Source: Negaprion brevirostris (lineage: Eukaryota). From it: 64,000 bases of DNA. Below are positions 62,588-64,000 of the stretch, piece by piece (within the stretch, counting starts at the first letter, position 1; every line of letters begins with the position of its first letter). The stretch is taken from NCBI GenBank assembly GCA_030324005.1, contig JARDVH010000042.1:81002760-81066759 (forward strand), in the 5' to 3' direction. Below the pieces are notes generated by a model. It was given only the letters and a program-made list of their open reading frames with translations, searched no databases and was not told the origin of the DNA. A program made the position numbers and the translations under genes.

Positions 62588-62925
62588 CATTGAATCCCTC
62601 TAGTGCAGAAGGAGGCCATCTAACCCATCAATCCTGCATCAATAACAATCCCACTCAGGCCCTATCCCTGTAACCCCACTTACACTGCTAGTCCCCCTGA
62701 CACTGAGGGCCAATTCACCATGGCCAATTAGCCTAATCCGCACATCTTTGCAATGTGCGAGGAAAACGGAGCACCCGAAGGAACCCCACACAGACCAATG
62801 GGGAGAACGTGCAAACTCCACACAGACAGTCACCTGAGGCCAGAAATGAGTCCCTGACACTGTGAGGCAGCAGTGCTGAGGTAGCAGTGCTAACCACTGT
62901 GCTAACGTGCCACCATGCTGCCCTA
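62588..62925 (-). mobile_element. HE1-type SINE
   Basis: Reverse complement GGGCAGCATGGTGG...GCACAGTGGTTAGCACTGCT through tail. Confidence 0.9.
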
Positions 62926-63925
62926 TAGCTCTCTGGGCTTTGGAATTGTTGCCCTGAACTGGATAGAGCTGATATTTAAAAATGATATTTAATTAAAAAC
63001 TGGGAAAGTACAGGCCTAGTCACTTAACTTCAATTCTAGACAAGCTATTGGAAGGGCTCGTTACAGGTACAGGACACAATGTTTGCGCCCCCGCCTGGTG
63101 AATTAGGTATCTGGCAATGGCTTGCATTCTTTGAATGTGGTATCTGGAAATGTACTCCCACTCCTTCTGTTCCTACATACAGGTAAATATACTTTTAAAA
63201 TTTAATTGTTTGCTGCATGCTAACTGATAGACCCTTTAGCATTGATATTTATACAGATATACATTTATATTTTTCCAAACTGTGACAGCTTAAATCCTAA
63301 ACATTTCAATATTTGGGGCTTAACATGTTGAATTGCGAATGCTAGTTTAATTTGTAATAAATAAGTCTATGTATTTAAGGAGTGTGATTCTTCACTGAAG
63401 CTGAACTGAAATCTTCCGAGAACTAGATTTCAGTACAGAAACCTATATTTCTAGACAATTTGGAAGAATTTAAAAATCACAATTGAAAATGTTGAACTGG
63501 ACCTATTAACACAGGGCATATTTGATATTTGTTAAGTTCACATGAGTTCAGTATTTGTTCAGTGGACATATTCTTGCTGTAATTTTCAAGAATCAATGTT
63601 CTACAGAGTGCTTTTATCTCACAAACAAATACTCATCATGAGATGTAAATAAGCTATAAATCATCTCAACCATTTTTCTCTCATAAAAAAAATTCTCTGG
63701 GAAATTNNNNNNNNNNNNNNNNNNNNNNNNNNNNNNNNNNNNNNNNNNNNNNNNNNNNNNNNNNNNNNNNNNNNNNNNNNNNNNNNNNNNNNNNNNNNNN
63801 NNNNNNNNNNNNNNNNNNNNNNNNNNNNNNNNNNNNNNNNNNNNNNNNNNNNNNNNNNNNNNNNNNNNNNNNNNNNNNNNNNNNNNNNNNNNNNNNNNNN
63901 NNNNNNNNNNNNNNNNNNNNNNNNC

Positions 63926-64000
63926 TCCAAAGGTGTGCGGGTTAGGTTAATTGGCCATGCTAAATTGCCCCTTAGTGTCAGGGGGATTAGCAGGGTAAAT
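63926..64000 (+). mobile_element. HE1-type SINE internal part (window edge)
   Basis: TCCAAAGGTGTGCGGGTTAGGTTAATTGGCCATGCTAAATTGCCCCTTAGTGTC. Confidence 0.85.

Noticed and set aside
1-64000. CRISPR arrays, rRNA genes, prokaryotic operons
   Set aside because: None seen; the sequence is eukaryotic intronic and intergenic DNA

Overview
Repeat-dense vertebrate genomic DNA with many assembly gaps. The repeat set (HE1-type and Deu-domain SINEs, CR1/HER1-type LINEs, Rex1-type LINEs, Harbinger Myb/transposase relics, Penelope-like termini) points to a cartilaginous fish, probably a shark (inference). The only host gene I can support is on the minus strand: three phase-compatible coding exons (56780-56836, 54306-54438, 38886-39268). 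They splice into a coiled-coil protein matching the C-terminal half of CCDC192 as I recall it. The supplied ORF track misses the first exon and reads the second in the wrong frame. The most interesting non-genic signal is a set of Penelope-like pseudo-LTR ends carrying minimal hammerhead ribozyme folds. One has an intact core (52391-52430, minus strand, sense to the CCDC192 intron) inside an insertion with a 13-bp target duplication, and decayed copies occur at four other loci. Also seen: a multi-step fold-back inversion inside a CR1, a 123-bp inverted repeat around a gap, an orphan 132-bp insert, and several dispersed duplications. Repeat boundaries are approximate, and all family names come from motif recognition, not database searches.
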